A DNA stretch of 64,000 nucleotides, from assembly GCF_001194135.2 (NCBI RefSeq), contig NC_069004.1, forward strand, positions 23,434,232 to 23,498,231. Reading direction: 5' to 3'. The DNA is from Octopus bimaculoides (Eukaryota). The notes beneath the pieces were generated by a model. That model did not search any database and was not told where the DNA came from. It saw only the letters and a list, made by a program, of their open reading frames with translations. Below are positions 11,181 to 22,082 of the stretch, piece after piece. Both the position numbers and the translations under genes were made by a program. Positions within the stretch are counted from its first letter, which is position 1, and each line of letters opens with the position of its first letter.

Positions 11181-11716
11181 ATATATATATAATAGATTAG
11201 GGTTCAATTGAATCAGGCACTTAAATTATAAGGCACCGGGTTGTGTTGAAAACTAAAATGCATACAGAGCAAAAATAGAGGAATACTTATGTGGGTACCA
11301 AAGTACGGATGGAAAGATATTCAGATTATGTCTGCGATTGACTGAGTATATGATGGGCCCTGAGGCTAACCAGGAAATGGAAGTGTGTGGTCCATAATAT
11401 ACTTTGAATTTACGCAACAAGCAGGTTCTGAGAGAGGTGAATGGTAAATACATAAATAAGAACAGCTGTTTCCAACGAATTTTTAATTGCTTAATGGAGA
11501 CATTACATCATTAGAAAAAAAACTGTTTTCATCAGGTGAATACATGAACCACAACATTCAGAGACGAACTGCTTGTACCACTTCATGATTCTATGACCAT
11601 TGTTGTCTTATGACCATGAAGTGGTACAAGCAGTTGGCTTTTGAATATTCTTGAATTAAAAGTTCACTGGAAACAACTGTAGTGGATTGACACATTATCC
11701 ATCTGTTGTTATTTAT

Positions 11717-11751
<35 letters not shown>

Positions 11752-12124
11752 GATAGATAGATAGATGAGTGGTTGGTTGGTGAGTGCTGTACAAGCCGTG
11801 TATGTACAGGGATGCTGTCAGTAAGGTGAGGGATGATGAGTAAAGGAATGAATTCAGTGTACTAGTGGAGATTCACTAATTTTACGTACAGCTCAGCAGA
11901 GTTCGATGTGTTTTCCATTTTTTGCCCTACACTCATCTTATTGATATTCCTGCTGACTTTAGGGATACACTGCATTCCTGTATGATCTTGCAATGATATT
12001 CCTTACCTGGATCTTTCTATGACCTTTTTTGCATAAGCAACCAGTCAATGTTCTTCATCCACATAACAAACAAACCATTCCTCATCTGACACAAGATCCC
12101 CTCCTCCAATGCCACTTTTCCTCT

Positions 12125-12440
12125 CAAAATTTCCTTGTCTTGCAAGTTACTTGGTGACTGCCAGTATTGGTGCCTCGTAAAATGCATCCAATCCTCACTG
12201 TGAAGTGGTTGGCATTTGGAAGGGCATCCAGCTTTAGAAACCATACCAAAGCTGACCTTACCTGTGCAGGTGTCACGTAAAAGGCACTGAGTCCACTCTG
12301 AAGGGTGGTTGATGTTAGGAAGGGCATCTAGCTGTAAAATTCATGCCAAAATAGACACAAGCCTGGTGCAATCTTCTTCCTGGGCCGGCTCCTGTCAAAG
12401 TGTCCAACCCATGACAGCAGGGAAAGCGGATGATAATGAT
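12125..12440 (+). mobile_element. RTE 3'-UTR-derived repeat (family B), two partial copies
   Basis: 'gtggttggcatttggaagggcatccagc' and 'gttaggaagggcatctagctgtaaaa...gtccaacccatgacagcagggaaagcggatgataatgatga'. Confidence 0.65.
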
Positions 12441-12520
12441 GAAATAAACTAAAGAAAGTATAATACTGAAACATATAAATATGATTTGTTCCTCATTCTT
12501 CTGTGTTTTGTATTCTTCAG

Positions 12521-12723
12521 GTGATGATGTCACTGGCTCGTATTGGTCCTGCCAGAGCTGGAGGAAGTGAAGAAGAGTATGAACTGATGCATGGTTTGTC
12601 AACTGCCATTGAAGTTCTCTGCGAACCCAGTGAAATACAGCACGAGTTACGGACATCCCTTTCTGAAACCAGCCACAATGTACTGAACCGAGGCAGAATC
12701 ATATGTTTAACAGCCATCAAAAG
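12521..12723 (+). CDS. INTS13: INTS13 coding exon 3, 67 codons + 2 nt, phase 0/2
   Basis: Acceptor 'tattcttcag|', VMMSLARIGP...LMHGLSTAIEVLCEPSEIQHELRTSLSETSHNVLNRGRIICLTAIK (cf. LMAALAAVGP...ILHGL.AAVETLC...QHEART.L.E....V.NRGRIICITNAK), donor AG|gtaccc. Confidence 0.93.
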
Positions 12724-12769
12724 GTACCCTTGCTGATTATCTCTTGCTTTTCTTTTTTTGTTTTGATAA

Positions 12770-13080
12770 CATAATGCATATGAATGAAGACAGCCGAATC
12801 AAGAAGTGCTTGCTTGCTTGCTTCATGCCTTTGCTTGATGGGGCTGAGGTCATCCCAGAGGCGTCATTGTGCGTAAAGCCAACCATGTCCACCAGTGTGC
12901 TCCATCGCTGGCAGTCCTGTGCCAGACCCTCTGCATCTTGCATCAAGTGAGTTGGGCATCAAGAAGTGCCAGTCTCTGATTTTGGAAGGAACACATGGAA
13001 AGGATGGACCCAGGAAGATGTAGGATGAAGTGGTGAGAAAGGATCTTCAGAAGTTAGTTCTCACAGACGAGGGACCAAGA
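12770..13080 (+). mobile_element. RTE LINE C-terminal remnant, interrupted by an insertion
   Basis: HMNEDSRIKKC / (KKC)QSLILEGT...RPRKM*DEVVRKDLQKL.LTD; the two halves are separated by the 12810-12957 insert. Confidence 0.65.
12810..12957 (-). mobile_element. 5'-truncated LINE 3' end with (AAGC)n tail and a perfect 12-bp target-site duplication
   Basis: Flanked by atcaagaagtgc at 12798-12809 and 12958-12969. Minus translation QDAEGLAQDCQRWSTLV resembles LINE C-termini (A.DR..WR.LV); tail 'aagcaagcaagcaagcaa'. Confidence 0.65.
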
Positions 13081-13349
13081 ATTCTGTTTGGCCTACTTTT
13101 CTTGTTTTTGAAAGGCATACTATAGCTTAGACTACATTATCCAATACTTTATTATTTAAGAAACTTCCTTTTATTCCCTACCAAATCAAAGAATGAGAAA
13201 ATATTTCAAGGGACGTAACTCGCAAATAACCATTAAAGAGTTATGTCCCTTGATTATATCCGCCTTCCCATCACTAGTACCGTTCCCAGGACAATGGCTG
13301 GCGAAATTGACATAAACTGGCTGAGAGAATGGTGTTTCACAAATCACCA

Positions 13350-13520
13350 GTGGCACCAGTAGAATGTACACTGTGTGATAAGCTTGCTTCCCGATCATAT
13401 GGTTCTGGGTTCTGTCTCACTGTGTGGTACTTTGGGCAAGTGTCTTCTAGTATAGCCTCAAACCAACTAAAGCCTTGTGAGTGGATTTGGTAGACAGAAA
13501 CCGAAAGAAACCCTTTGTAT

Positions 13521-13569
<49 letters not shown>

Positions 13570-13765
13570 TGTGTGTGTGTTTTTATGTTTGTGTTTGTTG
13601 CCCTCCTATCATCACTTGACAACCAGTGTTAGTGTATTTACGTCCCTCTAGCTTGACAGTTAGCCAAAGAGACTGATAGAATAAGTATCAGGCTTAGAAA
13701 AATAGCCTCTGGGATTGATTCATTTGACTAAAAATTCAAGGCAGTGCTCCAGCATGGATTCAGTC
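13350..13765 (+). mobile_element. SINE family A
   Basis: Head 'gtgtgataagcttgcttcccgatcatatggttctgggttctgtctcactg', internal (TA)n and the 3' module. Confidence 0.75.
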
Positions 13766-13844
13766 TAACTTGTTTGTATCATTAGACTATTGCCATGCTG
13801 GAGCACCTCCATGACAGTCTTAGTTGATCAAATCCAACTCAGTC

Positions 13845-14130
13845 ATCATCATCATCTTTTAACATCCACTTTCCATGCTGGCATGGGTTAGATGGTTTGA
13901 CTGAAGTACTGGCAAGCCAGGAGACTGCACCATGTTCCAATCTGATCTGGCAAGGTTTCTACAGCTGGATGCCCTTCCTAATGCCAAGCACTCTGAGAGT
14001 GTAGTGGGTGTTTTTTACGTGCCACTAGCATGGGGGCTGGTCAAGCGATACTGGCATCAGCCATGCTTGAATGGTGCTTTTTACGTGCCACCAACATGGG
14101 AGCCAGTTAGGTGGTACTGGCAATGACCAT
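13845..14130 (-). mobile_element. Family B (RTE 3' UTR) repeat
   Basis: 'catcatcatcatcttttaacatccactttccatgctggcatgggtt...ggatgcccttcctaatgcc...ttttacgtgccac'. Confidence 0.75.
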
Positions 14131-14266
14131 GCTCAATATTTAATTTGTAAAGTCTGGTGATTATTTTATTGGTCTTACGTTGGAACGTGAACAAACCAAT
14201 TACAGTTGAAAGATAACCACAAGATGCATTCATACACAGTCCTGCCCTCCCACACATAAATATATA

Positions 14267-15003
14267 TGAACTTTAGGTTAGTTAAAATATATTTGTGACA
14301 TATTTCAACTTCTAAGTGCAGTTACTGTAGAGAAAGAAATTCTCTCTTATTGTAAGAGGTCTAAAAACACCATTTCTACCAAATGTTGTCCCAGTCAGAT
14401 TTACTGGCTCAGTGTTCCTAGCTCTTTAGCCATTATCAATGGGAAATACAGAAGAGAAGCAACCCTGAGCAGATTTAAAGCCATAGCTCTAACTAAGAAA
14501 CAGTCAACAACATCGACTGAGTTGTGTTATTGGACAGGATAAAAACAATGGCATGAGTGTCAAGCAGTGATTAGGAATAAATTAACTTTAGGTTAGTTAA
14601 AATATGTCTGTGACATATTTCAACTTCTAAATCTACTGCAGTTACTGTGGAGAAGTAAATTCTCTCTTATGGTAAAAGGTGTAAAAACATCATGCCTACC
14701 CAGTGTTGGATTCCCTATTGGATTCCCAGATGCAGCGTTAGTTGTTATCAATAGGAAATACCAAAGAGAGGTAACTCTGAGTAGATTAAAAGCCATTGCT
14801 TTAACTAAAATACAGTCAACAACATTGACTGAGTCATGCTGTTAGAGTGCATGGTTGAAATAAAAATAGCAGCATCACCACCAAGCAGTGGTTAGGAATA
14901 AATGAACTTTAGGTTATTCAAAATATGTATGTGAAATATTTAAAGTTCAGTGCAGTTACCATGGAGGAAAAATTCTCTCCTTTGGCAAAAGGTATTAAAA
15001 CAT
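14267..15003 (+). repeat. Tandem duplication of a ~318-bp unit (~2.3 copies)
   Basis: Units start 'aactttaggtta' at ~14268, ~14584 and ~14904 and share 'tgcagttac..tgg/agagaa..aaattctctc' and 'aaagccat.gct.taactaa.a.acagtcaacaacat.gactgagt'. Confidence 0.8.
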
Positions 15004-15894
15004 AAATATATACACACAACAGATATACTTATGTGTTGTCTTCATTGTTGTCGTTAGTGGTGGCATTAACTTGTGTCCAAGTAGTTAATCTGTAGCGAGT
15101 GATTGAGTCTCTTCATCCTGATGGTGTGAAGGGTGCCTGTGTCTGACAGGGCTGTTCAGGCCAAGGGTGGTATAGAAGAACCAGGAGCATTTATTTTGCA
15201 AGGGAAGGTTGGCAGGGGATGAGGAGTGTGAATTGCACTTTGTCACTTCAACATCTGATCTCTGCCTCTTGACATCTGTTATTTTCCATCTAGTCTGTTC
15301 CCTTGATGATGACATGCTGCCATCTTGGGTGGTCCTTGGCGGATTGTCTTCTAGGTATTTGGGGCAGTGGAGCAACAAAAGAGAGTGGTGTTGAGCTGGT
15401 ATAAAAAATGGAATTGATGGACTCTATGTTACACTTGTGTACCCCCCCCCCCCAAGAATATACTAAGAGCTTCCACACAGTTATTGTCTACCAAATTCAC
15501 TCACAAAGTATTGGTAGACTTGGGGCACTTGCTCTTGGTGCCATGTCTTCTACTATGGCTTTGGGTTGACAAAAGCCTTGTGAGTGGATTTGGTAGAGAG
15601 AAACTGAAACAAGCCTGTTGTGTGTGTGTGTGTATTTGTCCCTCACCACTGCTCAACAACTGCACCAGTTGTTGAGCAGTGGTGTTGTGTGTTTATTTCT
15701 CTATAACTTAGCAGTTCAGCAAAGATACTGATAAAATAAGTGCCAGGCTTTAAAGAAAAAATAAGTACTGCTGTCAGTTTGTTTGATCAAAATTCTTCAA
15801 GGCAGTGCCCCAGTAAAAGAAAAAAAGAATAGGTATTATAAGACATTGGATTTGTGGGTGAGATATTGTTGATTATATTGACCCTAGCACCCCT

Positions 15895-16050
15895 TACACT
15901 CTGCAGGGTGGTTGGTGTTAGGAAGGGCATCCAGCCATAGAAACCTTGCCAAATCAGACTGGAACCTGGTGCAACTCACCAGCTTAGCAGTTTTCAGTGA
16001 AACCATCCAACCCATGCCAACACGAAAAATGGACGTTAAATGATGATGAT
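15895..16050 (+). mobile_element. Family B (RTE 3' UTR) tail
   Basis: 'gttggtgttaggaagggcatccagccatagaaaccttgcc...ccaacccatgccaacacgaaaaatggacgttaaatgatgatgat'. Confidence 0.75.
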
Positions 16051-16136
16051 AATGTTCTATTTTATTGGTCCCATGGTTGAGTTTTATTAATTCTTGCTTT
16101 TTCTCTTTTTTCTCTCTTTTTTCTTACAATATTTAG

Positions 16137-16217
16137 TGAAGGCCACATTCGTACGTTGGAAGGCTGTTTGATGGACGCTTTGATGCATCACAACAAATTG
16201 GCTGCCCAAACAGATAC
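16137..16217 (+). CDS. INTS13: INTS13 coding exon 4, 1 nt + 26 codons + 2 nt, phase 2/2
   Basis: Long polypyrimidine tract and 'atttag|'; AG|T joins exon 3 as Ser, then EGHIRTLEGCLMDALMHHNKLAAQTD (cf. DSHVRMLEDCVQETIHEHNKLAANSD); donor AC|gtaagt. Missing from the ORF track because it lacks a start. Confidence 0.92.
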
Positions 16218-16361
16218 GTAAGTATGCCGACATCCAATAAACACACACACACAACTGTATGTACGTAAGCATAGATTCACATAGAAACCTGTAAAGATCT
16301 CATTTATGTATTTTTAAATTTCAGAGACAGAGAGAGAGACTGATGTCTTTTTAAAATATGT

Positions 16362-16574
16362 TTAACCCTCAAGCATTTAAACTGGTCATATTTGGCCCAA
16401 ATATTCTACCAGTTTTCTGTTGAAACTGACCAAATACAGCCTCTCACACCCACCCTATGATATTCTAAAAGTCATCCAAAATCTCAAAGCTTGGGGATGA
16501 TATATGATTAATTCAAAACAATGGGAATAAGCAAGCATTACATCTTGCAGAGTAATCTGAATACTAAAGGGTTA
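16362..16574. mobile_element. TTAA-flanked (piggyBac-like) MITE
   Basis: Termini 'ttaaccctcaagcatttaaac' and 'gaatactaaagggttaa'. Related copies at ~16740-16971, 25092-25312, 34828-35062 and 49856-50073. Confidence 0.65.
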
Positions 16575-18444
16575 ATATGAAACCTTCAGGCATCTACTCC
16601 TGATCTTGGGTCTCCATGTCACTGATGGATTGTCATCAGTTTTACTCCTTTCCTCCTCCTTGTGGCATATATTGGGTGTATGCTATTTCATCTCTCTGCT
16701 GATCTTGAAGCAGGGCCTGGGTTAAAAAATAATTACATCTTTTACCCCAATACTTGAGACGTTCATTTTCTGTCAAATGTAATTCTTATCTATTCACATT
16801 GTTTGAATTACTTACGCATTATCTCATAGCTTCAAGATTTGGACAGTGTGATTGTTTGTGTTTAGAATGATATTGTTGGGTAGGTGTGAGAGACCAGATC
16901 TAGCTGCTTTGAACATGAAACAGGTAGAATATTTAGACTGGAAATAGCTGGTTTAAATGCTAAAAGGTTAATGGTTGGATTGGTTTGTGTGTGTGTGTGT
17001 GGGAGGTTTCTTCTTTACCCTTTCCTCACATACTGGCTAAAGAAACACACACACACACACACACACACAGATCATTTAAAATTAGTTACAAAAATGGAAA
17101 CCTAAAGTTCTGAAAGTAAGTCCCCTGTTGGATGTTTTAGGGGCTGGTGAGCCAGTAATTCATACAGGTTTCCTAGGTAGGTCCCTAATGTGTCTATGAA
17201 GTATAACTCATTCATATTTCAGGTGATATATTCTATAATGTTGATATATCTTATTTATCTGACGTTTATACTTGCTGTTCACTGTGTAATATTTCTTCAT
17301 TCTTTCTTGGTGTGTGATAATATTTTTTTGATACAATGATCCAGTGTCCATGGATGATGGACACTACATCATTGCATTATTGTGTTAAACCACAGGATTT
17401 GGTCAAGTGGTTATAATCCTTTGAAACAATATTCTTTTGGGAATTTCTGTTTTTATATTCTACAGAAAATATCTGTGGCTATATATATATATTTTTGTCA
17501 TATCAATATATATATATATATATATTTTTTTTTTTGGTAACATATTTTTATAAAAATAACTGTGCACAAAGATTGTATATTAAGATTGTGTACAAATTTC
17601 TTTCATTATATTTTATACACATATATACATATTATATATATTTTCTCTTTTAGAATTTTTTAATATACATATAAAATAAGTATATTATATAATATATTAT
17701 TGGCCTTTCAGGTCAGTATATAGTGGAACCCATCTTTTCACCATCAACGGATCTATGTGCAATGTTATAGTAAAAGGCATAAAAAAAATTTGGGAGTTTC
17801 CATCAACTAAATTTTTATCCATGTTAAACATAACATGTTTATTTTGTTGCTGTACTTTTTCCTTTTCTTCAGAAATTTTTATGATGGTTAAGATTGTACA
17901 TTACTATTAACTTGACACTACTTAATATAATTCAAATATTTTATGGATATTCTGCGTAACTTTTTGTATTGGTTTCAGCACCCAAAATGATGGTTGTATC
18001 CATAATATTGCTGCTGCACACACAGACACATACATGTGTATGTATGTATGCATGTGTGTGTGTGTGTGTGTGTGTGTGTGAGTATATATATATATAGAAA
18101 GAGATAGAGAGAGAGAGAGGACCTGTGATCAAGGCAAGAAAAAGAGAAGAGTACTCAATATAACGAATACAGAGAATATAGAATTAATTATAATTTTTTT
18201 TTACAAGCATATAAAAGACAGTTCATGTCACTAGTAGTTTCAAAATCATTCAGTACTCCACATTATGTGTGTTGCACTTATCTAATTGGATAACGGTATA
18301 TATATATATATATATATATATAGGAGGAGCAAAAATACTAGAGAATCAGTATGGCAAAATTATGAGTTGAAAATATGTGGAAAACATATATAAAAAGTGG
18401 AAGAGGAATGCCTTTGTTTCACATAGTTTAATATCTTTTTTATA

Positions 18445-18476
18445 AAGAAATTTGAAAGAAGCCCGTCGTATATATG

Positions 18477-18517
<41 letters not shown>

Positions 18518-18654
18518 TTGTGTGCCTGGGTTTGTCCCCCCAACATCGCTTGACAACTGATGCTGGTGTGTTTACGTCCCCGTAACTTAGCGGTTCGGCA
18601 AAAGAGACCGATAGAATAAGTACTAGGCTTCCGAAGAATAAGTCCTGGGGGTCA
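18445..18654 (+). mobile_element. SINE family A (young, CpG-intact), cut by a gap
   Basis: 'gaaagaagcccgtcg(ta)n(tg)n...tttacgtccccgtaacttagcggttcggcaaaagagaccgatagaataagtactaggc'. Confidence 0.8.
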
Positions 18655-19429
18655 NNNNNNNNNNNNNNNNNNNNNNNNNNNNNNNNNNNNNNNNNNNNNN
18701 NNNNNNNNNNNNNNNNNNNNNNNNNNNNNNNNNNNNNNNNNNNNNNNNNNNNNNNNNNNNNNNNNNNNNNNNNNNNNNNNNNNNNNNNNNNNNNNNNNNN
18801 NNNNNNNNNNNNNNNNNNNNNNNNNNNNNNNNNNNNNNNNNNNNNNNNNNNNNNNNNNNNNNNNNNNNNNNNNNNNNNNNNNNNNNNNNNNNNNNNNNNN
18901 NNNNNNNNNNNNNNNNNNNNNNNNNNNNNNNNNNNNNNNNNNNNNNNNNNNNNNNNNNNNNNNNNNNNNNNNNNNNNNNNNNNNNNNNNNNNNNNNNNNN
19001 NNNNNNNNNNNNNNNNNNNNNNNNNNNNNNNNNNNNNNNNNNNNNNNNNNNNNNNNNNNNNNNNNNNNNNNNNNNNNNNNNNNNNNNNNNNNNNNNNNNN
19101 NNNNNNNNNNNNNNNNNNNNNNNNNNNNNNNNNNNNNNNNNNNNNNNNNNNNNNNNNNNNNNNNNNNNNNNNNNNNNNNNNNNNNNNNNNNNNNNNNNNN
19201 NNNNNNNNNNNNNNNNNNNNNNNNNNNNNNNNNNNNNNNNNNNNNNNNNNNNNNNNNNNNNNNNNNNNNNNNNNNNNNNNNNNNNNNNNNNNNNNNNNNN
19301 NNNNNNNNNNNNNNNNNNNNNNNNNNNNNNNNNNNNNNNNNNNNNNNNNNNNNNNNNNNNNNNNNNNNNNNNNNNNNNNNNNNNNNNNNNNNNNNNNNNN
19401 NNNNNNNNNNNNNNNNNNNNNNNNNNNNN

Positions 19430-19504
<75 letters not shown>

Positions 19505-20062
19505 TGTATGTATGTATTATATATGCATGTTTACTTGCATTTCTGTGCGGAATGTTTTTTAATTAAAATATTTTAATTGTTATGTAAATTTTATTCAGTT
19601 ACCCTGGTTTCATATTTCAATAAAAAAGCAAAAGACATTTTTCAAAAAATTAATTTTGTGCATATATTTTCTACATGCAAATGAAAATGTGTCATTTGTA
19701 TATTTAAATATATTCTATATTTCTGAATTAATTTTTTGGTACTACTTAATTAAAACAGAACACTTTCTGTAGCAGTGTTTCTGAATTTAAAGTTAAATTT
19801 TGGAAATTGTGTGAAAATAATTTTGTTTCTTTGAGATATTAATGTGAACCTTATTATTATGAAGGGAATTTTGTACTTTTTGTTTCTCTTTTTGTTTTTA
19901 TTTTGTATATATGTCTAAATTATATTTAATATTTATGATTAATTGTATATGTTAATATGTGCAATGACATGTGTATGTATTATATGTGTCTGTGTGTGTG
20001 TGTGAGTGTATATATTTATATATATATTAATATATATATATATGTATGTATCTCATACATTA

Positions 20063-20101
<39 letters not shown>

Positions 20102-21117
20102 ATATGTATATAGATGTATAATATGTGTCTGTCTATCTGTCTGTCTTTTTCTCTCTCTCTCTCTGTGTATGTATGTATGTATATATGTATATATATGGTG
20201 GCTTAACTCACCAAAACAGCAAAAATGTTGGCAGAACAGTATATGTCTATTCAGTTTTTTGTTTTTATTTTATAATGAAAGCTAACAAGTGTAAAAATTC
20301 ACTATTTTAAGCCTATTCAATACACATACATACATGCATACATGTATGTATGTATGTTGGCATTGATTCAGCAACACCAGATAAGCAGCACCAAAATGGC
20401 AGTGCCAAAATATCTCATACACTTAAGTGGACGCTCTAAATGCATGTTTATTCCAAGGAGCAGGACTTTTGCATGGATGTACATCTTCTCAAGGTGGAAA
20501 TGACATTTTCTATATTCTGTGTTTGTTTTGAGTTTTTCTCATTTTCTTTTTTGACAAAGTTCAACTTGAAGAATCACTGAAATGCTTCCAAGCAATAATT
20601 CTAAGAGAATCAGCATTCGTGGAGGAACTGGAAACTGTCAGCTTCAATGAGTATGGTTTCCAGAAGAAACGATTGTGAACGAGAGTGCTTATTTGACATC
20701 CGACATTTTAACATTTCTCTTGTTTTCTCTCTCTCTACGTGTGAACATATTTCTTTTTGTGTATGAGGAAAGGGAAAATGTTCATATCAGTCTTGTTCAA
20801 TTCATAAATTGTAATGTCTGTCTGTCTCTTATCCTTTCTATCTTTATGTATATATTTCTTCATTTGTGTATGTGTGTGTGTGTGTGTGTTTGCCCCCAGC
20901 TGTCAAGATGTACTGTCATGAAAACAAGATCGACATACAGTCAGCTGTGCCAAATTACCAGTGTCCAGAGTCCATACAACTGCACCATATTGTCTCAATC
21001 TGTCCACCCATATATGGCCCCTCCTCCTCTCTGTTATAATGTTACTACAATTGCAAAACTGTATCACTACCAACCACCATGAATATTGATGTGAGACACC
21101 ACAGGAAATCTGTAAGG

Positions 21118-21416
21118 CAGGGGTTCTCAACCACTTTTTATCTATGGACCCTTTTGATTACTATTTTATTCTGGTGGACCCCCATAGCCATTTGTTGTTT
21201 AAAAACTAGTTTTATAGAAACTTCTTTCAAAATTCCTATTTTACTTTTCACCCATTAACTTGTGTTGGTTGAACTATGTAAAACGTTAGAGAAAGAAATC
21301 TTGCTGTTTCTTGCAATACATACAAGTAAAGCAAAATTTTTTCAGGGGTCTTTAAAATACTATTTTGTTGCGTGGGCCCCTGAAAATCTTACGTGGACCC
21401 TGGTTGAGAACCACTG
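21118..21416. mobile_element. hAT-like MITE with 8-bp TSD
   Basis: TIRs caggggttctcaacc / ggttgagaaccactg; flanks ctgtaagg and ctgtaaga (7/8 match, hAT-length TSD). Confidence 0.85.
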
Positions 21417-22051
21417 CTGTAAGAGATCACTTTGACCTACTAGAAACATCAACCAAATCTCCCTCAGATCACATCACACCAGGCTTCTCTCAAAACAATT
21501 TAAAACAAACAAAAAAAAAAGATGTGGTCAATGTTGTCTTTTTTAACATACAAAGAAACCTAATGGTCATGACTGGAGTGCCATTGATCCTAATCCTGTT
21601 GGATCAGGACTGACCTGCTGTTAAATAACAACTACAACATACTGATTCAGTTACCTGTGACATCGTGGGGGTGGTGTGTGCGTTTGTGTGCGGGGTGGGG
21701 TAGAATGATGAACTTGGTGAACAATATTGTGTTATAAGGTGATGTGGAGTGGAGTTGGAGGGAATACAAGTCAACTCTAAACATAAATCTCATTCAACGA
21801 ATTGAACTCCTGACTTTCTNNNNNNNNNNTTATACCTTATACAAAGGACTTAACTTTGTTCTTTCACTCTGGAACCTGCTTCTTGACAATAAGCTTCAAT
21901 TCATGTTGTCTATTTTTGGAAACTCTACTGATTCTCATCTTGTCATCAACGTTTGTCTTTGGATACTGGCTGCAGTTGCTACTGCTGTGGATACTACTAC
22001 TACTACTACTGCTACTACGTTCGTCACCAATGACACTATCAGCAGCAGCAG

Positions 22052-22082
<31 letters not shown>

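Noticed and set aside
15060-15400. GC-richer segment with 97-aa and 61-aa ORFs
   Set aside because: No recognisable motif or splice context; probably a decayed, unclassified TE fragment.
18360-19475. Long ORFs spanning N-gaps (also 36920-37662, 39337-40495, 45703-46971, 51212-51968, 55271-56140, 62993-63821)
   Set aside because: Open only because of N runs and (AT)n/(GT)n microsatellites, giving YIYI/CVCV peptides; no coding signal.
17440-20040. Very AT-rich, 3'-UTR-like tract with AATAAA at ~19618
   Set aside because: No terminal coding exon leads into it, and AATAAA is expected by chance at this composition.
20560-20650. 91-nt exon-like segment (aag|...|gtatgg) matching the length I recall for INTS13 exon 5
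   Set aside because: It has a stop in the required phase (T TCA ACT TGA), and the open frame (QLEESLKCFQ...) shows no INTS13 similarity.
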